From NCBI RefSeq assembly GCF_009914755.1, contig NC_060941.1: a stretch of 64,000 nt of DNA. One strand, written 5' to 3'. Positions 40,815-53,432 of this stretch are shown here, one piece after another. The notes beneath the pieces were generated by a model that was not told where the DNA came from, made no database searches, and saw only the letters and a list, made by a program, of their open reading frames with translations. Each line of letters opens with the position of its first letter. The stretch's first letter is position 1. Position numbers and translations under genes: made by a program. The DNA comes from the human T2T-CHM13v2.0 reference genome, Homo sapiens.

Positions 40815-43799
40815 CAGTCATCCTCCACGTAATGCTGTTTCAATCAACAACAGCCTGCATATTCAAGGGTGGTCCCATAAGATTATAATGGAGCTGAAAA
40901 TTTCCTATCGCCTAGTGATGTAATGTTGTAGCACAGCCCATTACTCACATGTTTGTAGTGATGCTGCTATAAACAAACCTACAGGACTACCAATTGTATA
41001 ATAGTCTAGCATGTACAATTATGTATAGTACATAATATTTGATAATGATAATAAAGGACTGTGTTGATGGTTTATCTATTTACTATACCATGCTTTTTAT
41101 CGTTAGAGTGTACACCTTCTACTTATTAAAAAAAATGTTTACTGTAAAACAGTATGCTGTGTTACTCCAGCAGCAGCCTCATATATCTCGTTTACTGCAC
41201 TTCTTGATTGCACTGTTTTCTCTTGTGCTTGATTTAACCTCACAATGTTTTGTTCATCATAGCCCCAAAGTGAACAAAATCCACTGCTAATGTTGCCAGT
41301 AAGAGGCCACATCAAGTGATTGTCCTGGAAACAAAATTAAAAGTGATTAAGGACTATGAAGGTGGAGAATCAGTGATGGTTACTGCTCATCAGTCAGGCA
41401 TGTGTCATTCCACCATAGCTACAATCTTGAAGAACAAGATCAAAGTGACAGAAGCTGCTAAAGGATCTGCTTCATTGAAGGCAATGATACTAACAAAAGT
41501 TCTAAAAGGGCCCATATCAGATAGACAGAAATTTCTAATGACTTGATTTGAAGACTAGACACAGAAGCCTATCCCTCCCAGCACCGTGATGATCACTGCC
41601 AAAGCAAAAATTTCGTGATGTTGAAAGAAGATGCTGGACCCAACTATGATGTTGAATTTACTGTTAGCCCCGGGTGGATTAAATGATTCAAGAATCATTA
41701 TTTATTACATTCTGTGAAAGTGAGTGGTGAGTTTTCAAGTGCTGATGTGATGGCAGCTGAAGAATTTTTGAAAACTCTGGCAATCTGATCGTGGAGGAAA
41801 ATTACTTGCCAGAGCAAATCTTCAATATGGATGAAAGCTGCCTATTCTGGAAATGGATGCCTGAAAGGACTTTAATCCTAAAGAAGGTCAAGTCAATGCC
41901 AGATTTCAAGACTTTTAAGGACAGGATGACAATCTTGCTTGGGGACAATGTTGCAGGCCACAAATTGAAACCCTTTGTGATCTGGGACAGTGAGAACCCC
42001 AGGGCCTCAAGCATATCAATAAGCACACATGGCCAGTGTACTTCAGGAGCAATAATAAGTCATGGATGACCCAACTCCTCTTCCAAGACGCCCCCTTGAG
42101 TTGCTATGCCAGCAAAATAGAGAAATGCTGTTTGGAGAATAACATACATTTCAAGATTTTGCTTATTGTTGATAATGCTCCCACACATCCCTCTTTTATT
42201 GGTGATCTTCATTTCAATATCAACGTGGTCTTTCTGTCTCCAAACACCACCTCTTTGATTCAACCAATGGAGAAACGAATTATAGCAGCTTGTAAGACCT
42301 ACTGCTCAGGGAAGATCTTTGTTCAGGCTATTGCTACAACTAAGGAAGGCACTGAGAAGATATTGACGCAATTCTGGAAAAATTACATCTTTGCATCGTG
42401 AACCTTGCTTGGGCTTAAGTGATGTCATCAATGAGTGTATGAATGGCATCTGGAAGAAGACACTCAAGAGGTTTATCCAAGCTTCAAAGGATTTTCCAAG
42501 CATAAGGGGATTAAAAATCAACAAGGCTGTGGTTGAAATGGCAAACAGCTTCAACCCGGGTGTGGATGAGGATGACATTGAGGAGCTCTCAGAGGTGGTT
42601 AATGAAGAATTGACTAAGGAGGAATTGTTGGAACTGGAACAGGATCACATAGCTGAAGAAGAGGCAAGAAAAAGGGAAAGTACAGGAGAAGAAAAAGAAC
42701 CCTGAAGAAAATTCACAGTGAGGAGTTTAGCAGAAGCTTTTGCAGACCGCAACAAGCTCCTTAAAAGGTTTGAAAATGTAGACCCTAACAACAAAAGGTT
42801 TGCATTAATAGAGAGGAATGTTCATGGTGCATTATTTGCTTACAAGCAAATCTATGATGAAAAAAGAAAACAACCAAGCAAACTACCATGGATACGTTTC
42901 TGAAAAGAGTGACACTACCTCAGGAACAGCCTCAGGCAGGTCCTTCAGGAGGAATTCCAGGAGAAAGCACCATTATCACAGGAGATGACAGCTCTATACA
43001 TGTTATTGCCCCTGAAGACCTTCCAGTGCAACAAGATGTGGAGGTGGAAGACAGTGATATTGATCATGCTGACCCTGTGTAGGCCCAGGCTAATGTGTGT
43101 GTTCATGTCTTCACTTTTAACAAAAAACTTTATGAAGTACAAAAGAAATAAAAAATTTTAAATAGGAAATCTCTTATAGATTAAGGATATAAAGAAAGAA
43201 GATATTTTGTACAGCTATACAACATTTGTGTTTTAAGCTGTTATTACAAGAGTCTGAAAGTTAAAAAAAAATTAAAAAGAGTTTACAAACTAAAGAAGTT
43301 ACAGTAAGCTAAGGTTAGTTTATTACTGAAGAAAGAAAAATATTTTTAATAAATTTAATGTAGCCTAAATGTACAGTGTTTATAAAGTCTACAGTAGTGT
43401 ACAGTACTGTCCTAGGCCTTCAAGTCCATTCACCACTCACTGATTGACTTACCCAGATCAGCTTCCAGTCCTCCACATGCCATTCATGGTAAGTGTTCCA
43501 TACAGGTGTGCCATTCTCTATCTTTTATACTGTATTTATACCCTACCTTTTTTCTATGTTTGAATATGTTTAGATACACAAATACCACTGTGTTAAAATT
43601 GCCTACAGTATGCAACATGGTAATATGCTGCACAGGTTTGTAGCCTAGGAATAAGAGGTCATACTATATAGCCTAGGTGTGTAGTAAGCTATACCATCCA
43701 GGTTTCTGTAAGTACACTCCATGATGTGTGCACAACAATGAAATCACCTAATGATACATGTTTCAGAATGTATCTTCATCACTAAGCAACGCATGACTG
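40815..43799 (+). mobile_element. Full-length Tigger3 (Golem) TcMar/pogo DNA transposon, 2985 bp, inactive
   Basis: Begins TA|CAGTCATCCTCC and ends GCAACGCATGACTG|CA (imperfect TIRs, TA target site with the right copy mutated). Carries the Tigger3/MER7 terminal signature GGTGGTCCCATAAGATTATAATGGAGCTGAAAA and internal transposase fragments. Confidence 0.92.
41259..42904 (+). pseudogene. Disrupted pogo/Tigger (CENP-B/TIGD-like) transposase
   Basis: ORF fragments 41316-41546 (LETKLKVIKDYEGG, HTH), 41791-42069 (QIFNMDESCLFWK), 42036-42401 (LLIVDNAPTHP; FLSPNTTSLIQPME), 42391-42705 and 42718-42903, separated by stops and frameshifts. Confidence 0.9.
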
Positions 43800-43981
43800 C
43801 ATATACTTTAAATAGCATGTCACACTCACACATAAGTGTGCACACACAGACATTTAACACTCATGAACTCACATAGCTCACACATCAGTTTACTTATTAA
43901 AGGCCCGAGAAACATCCTGCAGCATTACATGCTACCTTGCATATGCCACTTATCACCACTTAGGAGGCTTGAGACTATAAG

Positions 43982-44143
43982 TATAAACACTGTACATTTA
44001 GACTACATTAAATTTATTAAAAATATTTTTTCTTCAATAATAAACTAACCTTAGCTTACTGTAACTTGTTTAGTTTGTAAACTCTTTTTAATTTTTTTAA
44101 CTTTCAGACTCTTGTAATAACAGCTTAAAACACAAACGTTGTA
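43982..44143 (-). repeat. Inverted duplicate of Tigger3 internal segment 43218-43384
   Basis: Manual alignment of the reverse complement: 4 substitutions and 2 small A-tract indels over 162 aligned bp. Confidence 0.93.
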
Positions 44144-44170
44144 CTACCATATAAAGTTTATATGGTAGTA
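44142..44170. repeat. Perfect 14-bp inverted repeat with 1-nt spacer (TACTACCATATAAA-G-TTTATATGGTAGTA)
   Basis: Read directly; it sits at the right junction of the inverted duplication. Confidence 0.95.
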
Positions 44171-44330
44171 ATTAAGAGACTTACTCTGGAGTCAGATGGC
44201 CCGGGTTAGAATCCCAGTTCTGCTATTTATAATCTGATCTCGGAGGTGCTCATGAGAATTAAACGAGGTAATGAATGATGAACTTAGAATGGTATCAAGC
44301 ACATGAAATGCACTCAATAAACCCTATAAT
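44160..44330 (+). mobile_element. MIR SINE with internal deletion, abutting the hairpin
   Basis: GTAGTAATTAAGAG...CTCTGGAGTCAGATGGCCCGGGTTAGAATCCCAGTTCTGC...ATGAGAATTAAACGAGGTAATG...GCACTCAATAAA. Confidence 0.75.
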
Positions 44331-44421
44331 TATTATACGGTTTGCAAATATTTACAGTGCCCATTTCACAGGTAAGGAAATTGAGGCCCAGAGAGTTGAA
44401 GTGATATGTCCAGAACCATAA

Positions 44422-44665
44422 GAATGATAATAAAGATGGCAGTGGTGGGGATAATTGTGGTGATGATGACAATAATGGTGACGATGGTGATGACAATGAT
44501 GGTAGTGATGAAGATGATGGTGATGATTATGATGATGATACTGATGCTGGTAGTGATGATGATGGTGGTATTCATGGTGATGACAATGATGATGGTGGTG
44601 GTGATAGTGATGATGGTGGTGATTATGTTGATGATGATGATGGTGATGATGGTGACAGCAATGAT
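44422..44665. repeat. Degenerate (GAT/GGT)n trinucleotide array
   Basis: Read directly. Confidence 0.93.
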
Positions 44666-45249
44666 ATATAACAGCAGATACTTATTTAGCACTTACAAGA
44701 GCCTAACATAGTCTTCAATGCTTTCATGTATATTATCGCATTTCATACACATAACATTCATATGAGATAGGCACTATGATTATCCCCATTTTACAGTTGA
44801 GGAAACTGAAGAACATAAATGTTAAGTAATTTGCCCCAAGTCGCATAGTGAGTGATTCAAAGAACCATGCAGCTCTGGCCAAGGAGCCTTAACTCCTCTG
44901 ACTTCCCTTCTGCTCTTCTGTGAAATGGTAACAACTATGTCTCCCTCAGAGGGATTGTTTCTAGGACTGGGCATATTTGCAAGCATAAATGGTCTTTGTA
45001 AACTATGAAACTATCTATAGATATTGACAGCAGTACCATGGATCTAGGAACTTCACAGAAAGTTTGGCTTTCAGTTTCTGTGATCAGAGAGGCATCTGGA
45101 TCTCTGTCTGGTTTTCTTGGGAACATTCACAAATGCCAGAATTCTTTGAAGAAAGTGCTCAGAGAGAGATGGTTCTGGGGCCAGCAAGGGTAGAGCCTTG
45201 GGAGCAAACTGGTTTACATGACTTTTTCTAGCAATGAGAAAAGTTACAT

Positions 45250-45622
45250 CTCAGTTCAGCATAGGCTATGTTACACTGCAGTAACAACCCCAAAATCATC
45301 TTGTTGTCATTAAATTTCCATCACCATTCAGCAGGAGGTTCTGCTCAGGGTCGCCACTGGGCCCCGGACTGATGGAGTGGCTAACATCTTGCATGTTGCC
45401 AGTCACTCTACCAGAAGGAGAAGATTGCTCTGGAGGGTCTTACTTTGGCAATTAAGCGCTTGGTCTGGAAGTGACACATGCCAATTCTGCTCACAAAGTG
45501 AGGAGACAGAACTAACACAAAACCCCACTCAAGAGGACCAGGCACAGCAATCCTACCATGTAGGTGGGGAACAGGTGGGGACAGCTGGAAATAGCTGTAT
45601 AGCAGTACTAATGATGGCCACA
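45250..45622 (-). mobile_element. MLT1 (I/J/L-like) LTR
   Basis: TAGGCTATGTTACACTGCAGTAACAACCCCAAAATC...CTGGAAGTGACACATG..ATTCTGCTCACA. Confidence 0.65.
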
Positions 45623-48600
45623 AGGAGGAAAGAAGCAGCAGCAATGGCTCAAAACAAGGGGAGTGCTATGCTCTGCAGCCAGAACTGCTGGGGTGGATCC
45701 GCCTGCTGTGGCAAGCACACCTGGTCCTGAGAAAGCTTCCCTCCCAGGGTGATGTTCCAGGGAAGACTTGGACTATGGAGTCCTAGAGATCTGGATTTGG
45801 AAGCTGGTTTTGCAACAATTCTATGTAACTGTGGATGGTTATATCCTCTTTGAGCCTCAGTTTCCTCATCTGCAAAACAGGGTAAGCTCCCTACCAAAAA
45901 AGATGTCGAGGAGATAGCACCTGTACTGTGCTAGACACCATGCTTGGTACATACCAAATGCTTTAGAAAGGGTGGCTATTCTTCTCCAAGGGTTAAGGCA
46001 TTGAAGACACCTATCCTCCACCCTGGCCCCAGCCTCTGAGCCTGGACTTTCCCACCTCTCAGTTTATCCCACCCTGTCGGCCTCCTGCTGTCATCAGGTG
46101 TCTGCAGTCCTGTCATGCCTTGCAGTGACACTGGCACATCCTTTACGCATGAAAGGAGAGAGGGGAATGCTGCCTACCTGGAAAGGAGTGAGCCAAGGAA
46201 AACTTCAGTGGTTTATATGCATGCTCATTAATGAGGAAAACAATTATCCCCCCAAACGTAGGGACTTGATGAAGAAGAGATCTTCCAAGGTAGCACAGGT
46301 ACCCTCATCCTGAGAATCTGCCTCTCCCGCAAACTATGGTTGCCTCTGGGTCCAGAATGATTCGTGGGCATCCCCAGATCAGGTGGGTGGAGAAGAAGAG
46401 GTGGGGGTCTGCTTTCCTCAAGCCCATACTTCCTCAGCTTCCTTATCTTTTCTCTTTATTCTTTTTCCCAAGCACATGTTTACACCCCCATATCTCCAAC
46501 TGCTGCCCATAAGTGTGCAGCTCCCAAATTGCTCTCTGGTCCAAACTTCTCTCTCAAGCTCCTAGCTCATGTTCTCCTTGCCTCTTGTGTATTTCCATGC
46601 CCAAGTCCACAGACACACCAAGTTCAGCCTGGTCCAAACCTAACTTATCTTCTCTCCCAGCCCTCCCCAACCTGGTCTTCCTCCCACATTCCCCATGTAA
46701 TTGCATGAACATTTAAAGACATCCATTTGTTCAACACAACTTTAATATCCTCTCTCTAGCAGACCCTGTGCCAGGAGCTGGGGATACAAAAATGAAGGAC
46801 ATGGTCTCAGTCCTTGGCAAGTTCTCAGTCTAAACGGAAAGACAGACATGGACCAAGCACTGTGAAGCAATTGCAGGGACATATGGGGGCAAAAGAGGGA
46901 GTAATCAACTTTGCAGTTGAGGCTGGAAGTGGTTAGAAAAACCTCCCAGGGAAGGCAACTTGAAAGGTGAGCATCCTGGGAACAGGTGGGAGGTGGCATT
47001 CCAGGCAAAGGGAATAGCAAGTGCAGAGTCTCTCAACATCACAGCACATTCGGAGAGCACAGCCATCTGTGGCTAAAGCATCAGGTGCAGAATTGGAGGA
47101 AAGGAGTGAGTAGGGGTAATTAAGTGCAAAAGCAAGCAGGGGACAAGTATTTCGGTGTCACTTCACTATGTCCTGAGAATAGATTCCCTCTACTAATGGG
47201 GGCGCATTGACAGGACAAGTGTGTGTGTCTCATCAAGGAGTAAGGGATCTCTAGGATCACTGGGGACTCCCTTAGCCAAGTCCACGTTCAACAAAACCTG
47301 CCAAAAATGGGAGGTCATTTCCTTTTACCTCGTAGCTTCTGCTTCCTCTTGGCTTATGCCTCCTCTTAGCTTGTGCTGGCCATGACCTCTTAAGGCCCTG
47401 ACTCTTCCTCATTTTCCTGGATTCTTCCGTAAACTCTAGTAATTCTGGAGCCTTGGGTTGCCTGGTCTTGAGTTAAGTCTACCCCAGGTCCAGCCAGCTG
47501 AAACCCAGGGAGACCCGTGGCTGCCCTTTCACTAGGGAATCTGCACAGATGAGATTGATAAGGGAAACAGAGGGGTTTGAGTAGCTCAGCCACCTCCAGG
47601 TCTAGTGCTGCAGCAGGTCTACAGGGCCTTAGAGGAAGTACTTGGACTTTATTCTGAGGGCAATAGGTATCCATAGATGGATTCTAAAAACGAAAGTGAT
47701 AAAGCAAGATTTTTGAATTAAACAGATGATGGGAAGATGCTCTAAGTGCTTGGCAGTGTGGGCCAGAACATTCATGGAGGAGGTAGCCCTGGCCCTTCTG
47801 CCCATAAATCAGAGGCTCTGGGGCACAAAGTGCACTAATGGGAGCTAGTCACTAAAGAAAGTTTATTTCCCAGACTCATGGAAGGCAGAGCTCACTCATT
47901 CCCACTTATTCATGTAGATAAGGAGCAAGAGTCTTGCTCAAAGTCACTGTATGAGAGTCCAAGCTGAACTTGAGTCCAGTCTCTAATCCAGTGCTGCACA
48001 GCTTCTGTGGCTGAAAGCCTCCCCACCTTACAGAAGGGAAGAAGCCGTTTCTAACTCCCTATAAACAACTGGGAGCCCCCACCACAGCTCCTTTATGAAT
48101 GCAGCCTAAACCTATCACCCCACTACCTCCACATCCTATTTTTCTGGACTAATTTGTCAAGGACAGAGGCAGCCAAATCAGCAAGCCTGCTGCTGTGAAA
48201 GCCAGGTGGCAGGGAGGTAAAAATCCATGATAGGAGGCCCTAACACCCTTTCTGGTCCCTGAAAAAAAAAAAAAAAAAAGCATTCTGAAGCCCACAATTC
48301 AAACATGCAGACAAGCACACACATACAATACACACATAGAAGTTGCCAATTCAGCCAAAAACCTTTCAGAAGTATCTCCAGGCTGCACTGTCTGTCCTCA
48401 TTTTAGCCAGTTCTCCCTGGAGAACTCTGGGTGGGGATCCTGAGCAGAGACCACTACACAGATCAGTTGCCCCCTGGTCCTGCTCAAAAACTTACTTTTC
48501 CTCTCTAGGCTTTTTGCCTCTTAAATCTCCTCTTTGACGTGTACTCTGTCTCTTGGCTGCTTTCTGTCTCTATTTCTCTCTGTATCTTCCTGGATCTTAA

Positions 48601-49239
48601 TGAGTCTTTTGTCTAGGTCTTCCTAGGTCTCTCTGGGTCTCTGCCTTGGTCTGTGTGTGTCTACGTCTCTGTCGCGCTGTCTTTTTCTATTTTTTTTCTC
48701 TGTTTATATGACTCTTTTTCTGTGGCACCGTTATAGACTAGCAGAGTAGAAAGAGCCTTTGGACTTTATCAGGCCCAAACCGGTACCTGTGAAAATGAGG
48801 AAATTGGAGCCCAACATGAGGAAGAGACTTACCCATGAACATACATCCAGTTTTGTACTACTATGACTAAAGCCTCTCTTGTTTTATCAAAACTAGAGTT
48901 TTCCACACCAGTTTGTATTGGTGCCAAGTAGAAGGAGGAGAAACAAGATAAGGAAGGCAGTGGAGATTCTACAGCAGCTAGGTGCACTAGGAAGAGCCTT
49001 GAATCAGTAGATAAGAACTCAGTTCTAGTAAGAGTAAGTGAACATGTTGCTTAACCTCAGGCATGTCACTTACCATCTCTGAGCCTCAGTTTCCTCTTCT
49101 GTGAAATGGAGATAACTAGACCAATCCTGCCTGCTTCAAAGGTCTCTGATTAATTTCTTATTAGAGAAAGGATGTGGAAGTATTTTGGAATAAATTATAA
49201 AGCATCAAGCAGGAATGGAAGGCAGGACAAGGACAATAA

Positions 49240-49770
49240 CTGATGACTGATAATGATGATGATAATGATGGTAGTGATAGCAATGAGAGTGGTAATGATG
49301 ACAGTGGTGGTGGTAATGAGAATGATGATGCTGGTGATGAGAGTTGCGATGATGGTGGTGACAGTTATGATGATGTTGATGTTAAGGTTATTGATGGTAC
49401 TGATGATGGTGATGTTAGTGACAAGAGCTGTGATGATAGTGGAGATGTTGGTGATGACAGTAACGAGGGTGATGAGAGTTATTATGAGAGGGTAATGATA
49501 ATGTTAGTGATGATGGCAGTGATAATGGCGATGTTGGTAATGAGAGTTATGATGATGGGGACAATGATGATGCTCGTGATGATGGGGGTGAGAGCTGTGA
49601 TGGTGGTGATGATAGTGATGAGAGTTATGATGATGGTAATGTTGGTGGTGATGGTGGTGATAATGGTGATGTTTGTGATGGTGGTGGTGATGCTGGTAAT
49701 AATGGTGACAATGGTGATGGTGGTGATGAGAGTTGAGATGAGGAAGACAATAGTGATGATGGTGATTGTG
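49240..49770. repeat. Degenerate (GAT/GGT)n array with recurring GAGAG(T/C)T interruptions
   Basis: Read directly. Confidence 0.93.
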
Positions 49771-52589
49771 TTCACAAAAACAAAATGTAATGCCCTGGAT
49801 CCAGCCTTCTGAGAGTGACATATAAAACAGTGAGCATGCTTTGGAGACATCAGCACTCCTTCCACCTCATACCCAAGAACTTCTCCCCACCCCATACCAA
49901 CCCAGGCCTCCAATCACACCTTCTCCTCCAAGTTACCCCAAATCCCTGATCCAAGCTCCAGACCCCTCAGCCTTCCCATCTCCTCCAGCCCCTTCCTTGC
50001 AGGTGCCACTCTATGCTGAGCCGATGTGTGTCACCTCCCTCTCTGCAGCCTCAGCTGCTCTCCCCTGGCCACCTCCCCAGCCTGTTCTTTCCCTGGACTC
50101 ACTCCTACACCCAGGAAAGGAGAGCACACACAGTCACCATAGCTATTTATACCTGAAACACTTCATGTTTTCCTGCCTCGGCCTCCTTCCATTCAGCACC
50201 ACCCTGCATCCAGCTTTCTAATACAGGACAGCCAGAGCTCTTCCTGCTGCCCACACCCTAGCTCTTCCTTGACTTCTGCAGCAAGACCACTATGGGATGT
50301 AAGAGGGTTGCTCACAAGGTAGAACCAAACCCAATTCTCAGCCTCAATTTCCCCAACATGGGAATGATCCCTTAGGCTCTGGAGACTATGAGAAGAGTTT
50401 CCTAGCATGCATAGATGGAGGGTCAGTGGCTTCCAACCTCTGATGACACCCTTCCCTTCCACAGCAGGCTGGAGCCAGAGGAGTGCAGCTGTAAGATGGG
50501 CAGTGTTCTCTGTGTCATGGGGCAACCAGTGCTTCTTCCCATTGCCCTCTCTTTAGCACAGAGAAAGGATCAGGACCAGTCAGGGGATTAGAAGGGATTA
50601 AGAGCAGGAGGGAAACAGAGCTGTCGGACAGAACTAAAGGCTGAAGTTCGGAGCTCCAGTGTCCTTATCCTTGTAATGCCTCCCATCTGTTGTACCTCAG
50701 TCTCCCTTTTGTAGAAGGCATAGCCTCTGAAAGATGCAGAAGCCTATTGAATGGCCTCAGTGCACAAGGGGACAGCGGCTGGCAGCCTCCTACTGCCCTG
50801 GCCTCCCCTGCACCACCTCCCCCATCCATGGCTGCATCTTTGACAAGGACCGCTAGGGAATCAATCACTCTCAGCAGAGCCAGGCCCCGGCCCCTGACAT
50901 TCCAATTAAATGCTTCACTCTGACCTTGGTTGCATCATCTCAGCTTGGAATAACATCATCTATCTTCTGTAGATGGACAAAGCCTATGAACCAGGCAGCG
51001 GAAACTAGCAGCCACCAGTCCTCAGAGCTGCCTCATCACCACAGGGACACATTTCAATCAAAAGGAACTGCAGCAGCAGCATTCTCAGGTAGAAAAGCCA
51101 TCATCCTTCCCAGGGACAAGCATTCATCTCTGCTGGAGGAACGAAACAGCCTGAGTCCCTGCCAAGGGGAGCCCCATGTTTATCCTGCTGTCTTTCCCAT
51201 TAGTCGGCTGTCAGCATTCAGTTGGGAACTCTGGAGTCCCAGGTGGTGATCGCTGGGAAAAGGGAGACCAAGGACAGGGCTGATGGAACCTGGTTAGAGC
51301 TGGGAGACAGCCCCCCGCAGGGAGTGCCCTTGCCTGATGGAGTACATCCAGCCCTTCCCTGAGGCAGCCCACACACTTAGAGGGGAGAAGATGCCTCTAC
51401 AGTGGAGCTTCTTCCAGACTGATAGGAAGAAGACCCTCCTCTCTGATGAGGAGACACAGCCCTTCCTGGCGAGAGCCCAGTCTGAGAGACACAGAGAAGA
51501 CATGGCCCCTCCCTGGCTGCAGAGACACAGCACTTGCTTTGTAATACTCCATCTGAAGGGGAGTATCACAAGGCCTCTGCTGCATCATGGGTATCCCCCT
51601 GCATTCCCCCCGATGGAAGACCTCGGGAAGCTGAGCCCCTCAATGCAGGGATTCCTAGAGGAATGTTTGTAATCTCTGATGTCAGACAGGCCTGACCTGG
51701 GTTCCAACTCTAACTCTATGTTTTCCTCCCTGTGTGTCCTTGAACCAGTGACTCAACCTCTCTGAGCCTCCTCTCTTTACCAAGAAAGTGGGAACCACCT
51801 TGAGAAGGAACTGAGGTCATGTATATGAAACACAGAATGTCTGACACACTGAGACCCTCAGTGGAAGACAGTGGACTCTGGGCGTGTCCAACTCAAGGGA
51901 CAGGGAAAGGGAGCAACCCAGGTCCCACACGGTAAGAACCGAGTCAGCATCGGGGACCAGGAGTGGGGCCCCCAATCTGCCACACCCCTCTTTGGACCAC
52001 CAGAAGGCAGCACAGAGGTCAGATGCCCAGGAAGCATACTGAAGACAACCTGGCGACCTAGATTGTAGGGGCAGGGGCCAGGACTCACCCCCAAGACAAC
52101 TCCAGGTTTAAAAATTAGAATCTATTATCCCAGAAGCAACAGAAGAGGTTCCTTGAACGCCCCCACCTCCGAAGAGCTGCTTCTGAGCTGGCACTGTTTC
52201 CTATGGGGTTATTTTTAGTTTGTTTTCCCAGTAATTATTCTTTTGGGTGGATTTCAGGGTTGTAGCTGGGTGCTCTCTGGGAGATGGGCGCGGTATCCAT
52301 ACAAAAAAAAAAGAGGGTTGTTATTCATAGTAATTCAACTGGATTTGTAAAGTTGTTATTAAGCATTTGTCGCCACAAAAGTCACTTTGATTTGGCTTTC
52401 CTTGGAGCCGTTCTTTCTGCCCAATTTTGCTTCCTTGTCTTACAAGGGAGGCCTAGAGTATTTAAGAGGCCTATCCAGAACACACAGAAAGAAACAGAGA
52501 TGACTCTTCGCAGGAAGAGAAAACAAATCCTCTGAGGCTTGCATCTCAGAGGAAGAACATGATGTGGATAACAATGATAGCAAACGTGC

Positions 52590-52790
52590 ACAGAGCACTT
52601 ACCACGAGCCAGTCACTGCTCCAAAGTGCTTTGCAACTTTACAAGGTAGGTGCTATTAATATCTCCATTTTACAGATGAGGAATAGGCACAGAAAGGTTA
52701 AGTAAGTTGTCCAATGTCACATAGTTAGTAGATAGCCAAGTTGGTATTTGAACTCAGGCAGCCTGGCTCTGGAACTTGGCTTCAGAACCA
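52590..52790 (-). mobile_element. MIR SINE
   Basis: CCATTTTACAGATGAGGAA..AGGCACAGAAAGGTTAAGTAAGTTGTCCAATGTCACATAG. Confidence 0.85.
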
Positions 52791-53432
52791 CCCAATGACA
52801 GCTCCTGGTGACCATCTGAGAGTATCTGAGAGACAGATGGTGAGATGGAAACGAGGACAGGGCCCCCGTGAGACCAGGGTTAATTTTTGTGTTCTGTTCT
52901 GCAAGCCTAGAACATTACTTCACTTGGCCTGGGGAGGGAAGGGGGATTTCCAAGTGAGGAAAACACTCTGCAGGTACCCCCAGAATCCCCTTGAGGATCC
53001 CCTGCTGATGGATGTTGATGCGGACACAAGAATTCCCAGGAAGATCAGCCTCAGAGGGCATTTATAATCAGATGTGCTGTGAGCTGGTGAATTAAACACA
53101 GGCTTTAAAAACAAATAGACTTGAGATCAAATCCCAGCTCTGCCAGTTTCTAGCTACATAACCTTGAACAAGTGACTTTCCCTCTCGGAGGTTCAGTCAG
53201 CTTCCTCTCTAAGTGTAGATAATATTTACACACCACTCAAGATGATAGAGAAGCTTCAAAGAGGCTTTGGATAGAAAGTAACTGAGAGTGCAGGGCTGTG
53301 GTATCTGAACTACTGCCTCTTTTGCCATACATTCGTTTGTTCAGTAAATGTCTAGGAACATTTACCCCATGTGTGCCGCTGTGTTCAATGTTATGGAAGA
53401 TTTAAAGATGAACAAAATGTAATCTGTGTCCC

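Noticed and set aside
41316-43082. Possible domesticated TIGD-like gene
   Set aside because: Multiple stops and frameshifts, an altered third catalytic residue and intact transposon termini indicate a dead element.
44366-44711. Poly-Met/Val and Ile/Thr ORFs resembling transmembrane proteins
   Set aside because: Trinucleotide-repeat artefacts.
48262-48279. Poly-A and poly-T runs (also 17184-17204) as processed-pseudogene tails
   Set aside because: No adjacent recognisable mRNA-derived sequence or TSD.
49243-49913. Asp-rich, Met/Val-rich, His-rich and Ile/Thr-rich ORFs (up to 189 aa)
   Set aside because: All are translations of the GAT/GGT array in different frames, with no splice or promoter context.
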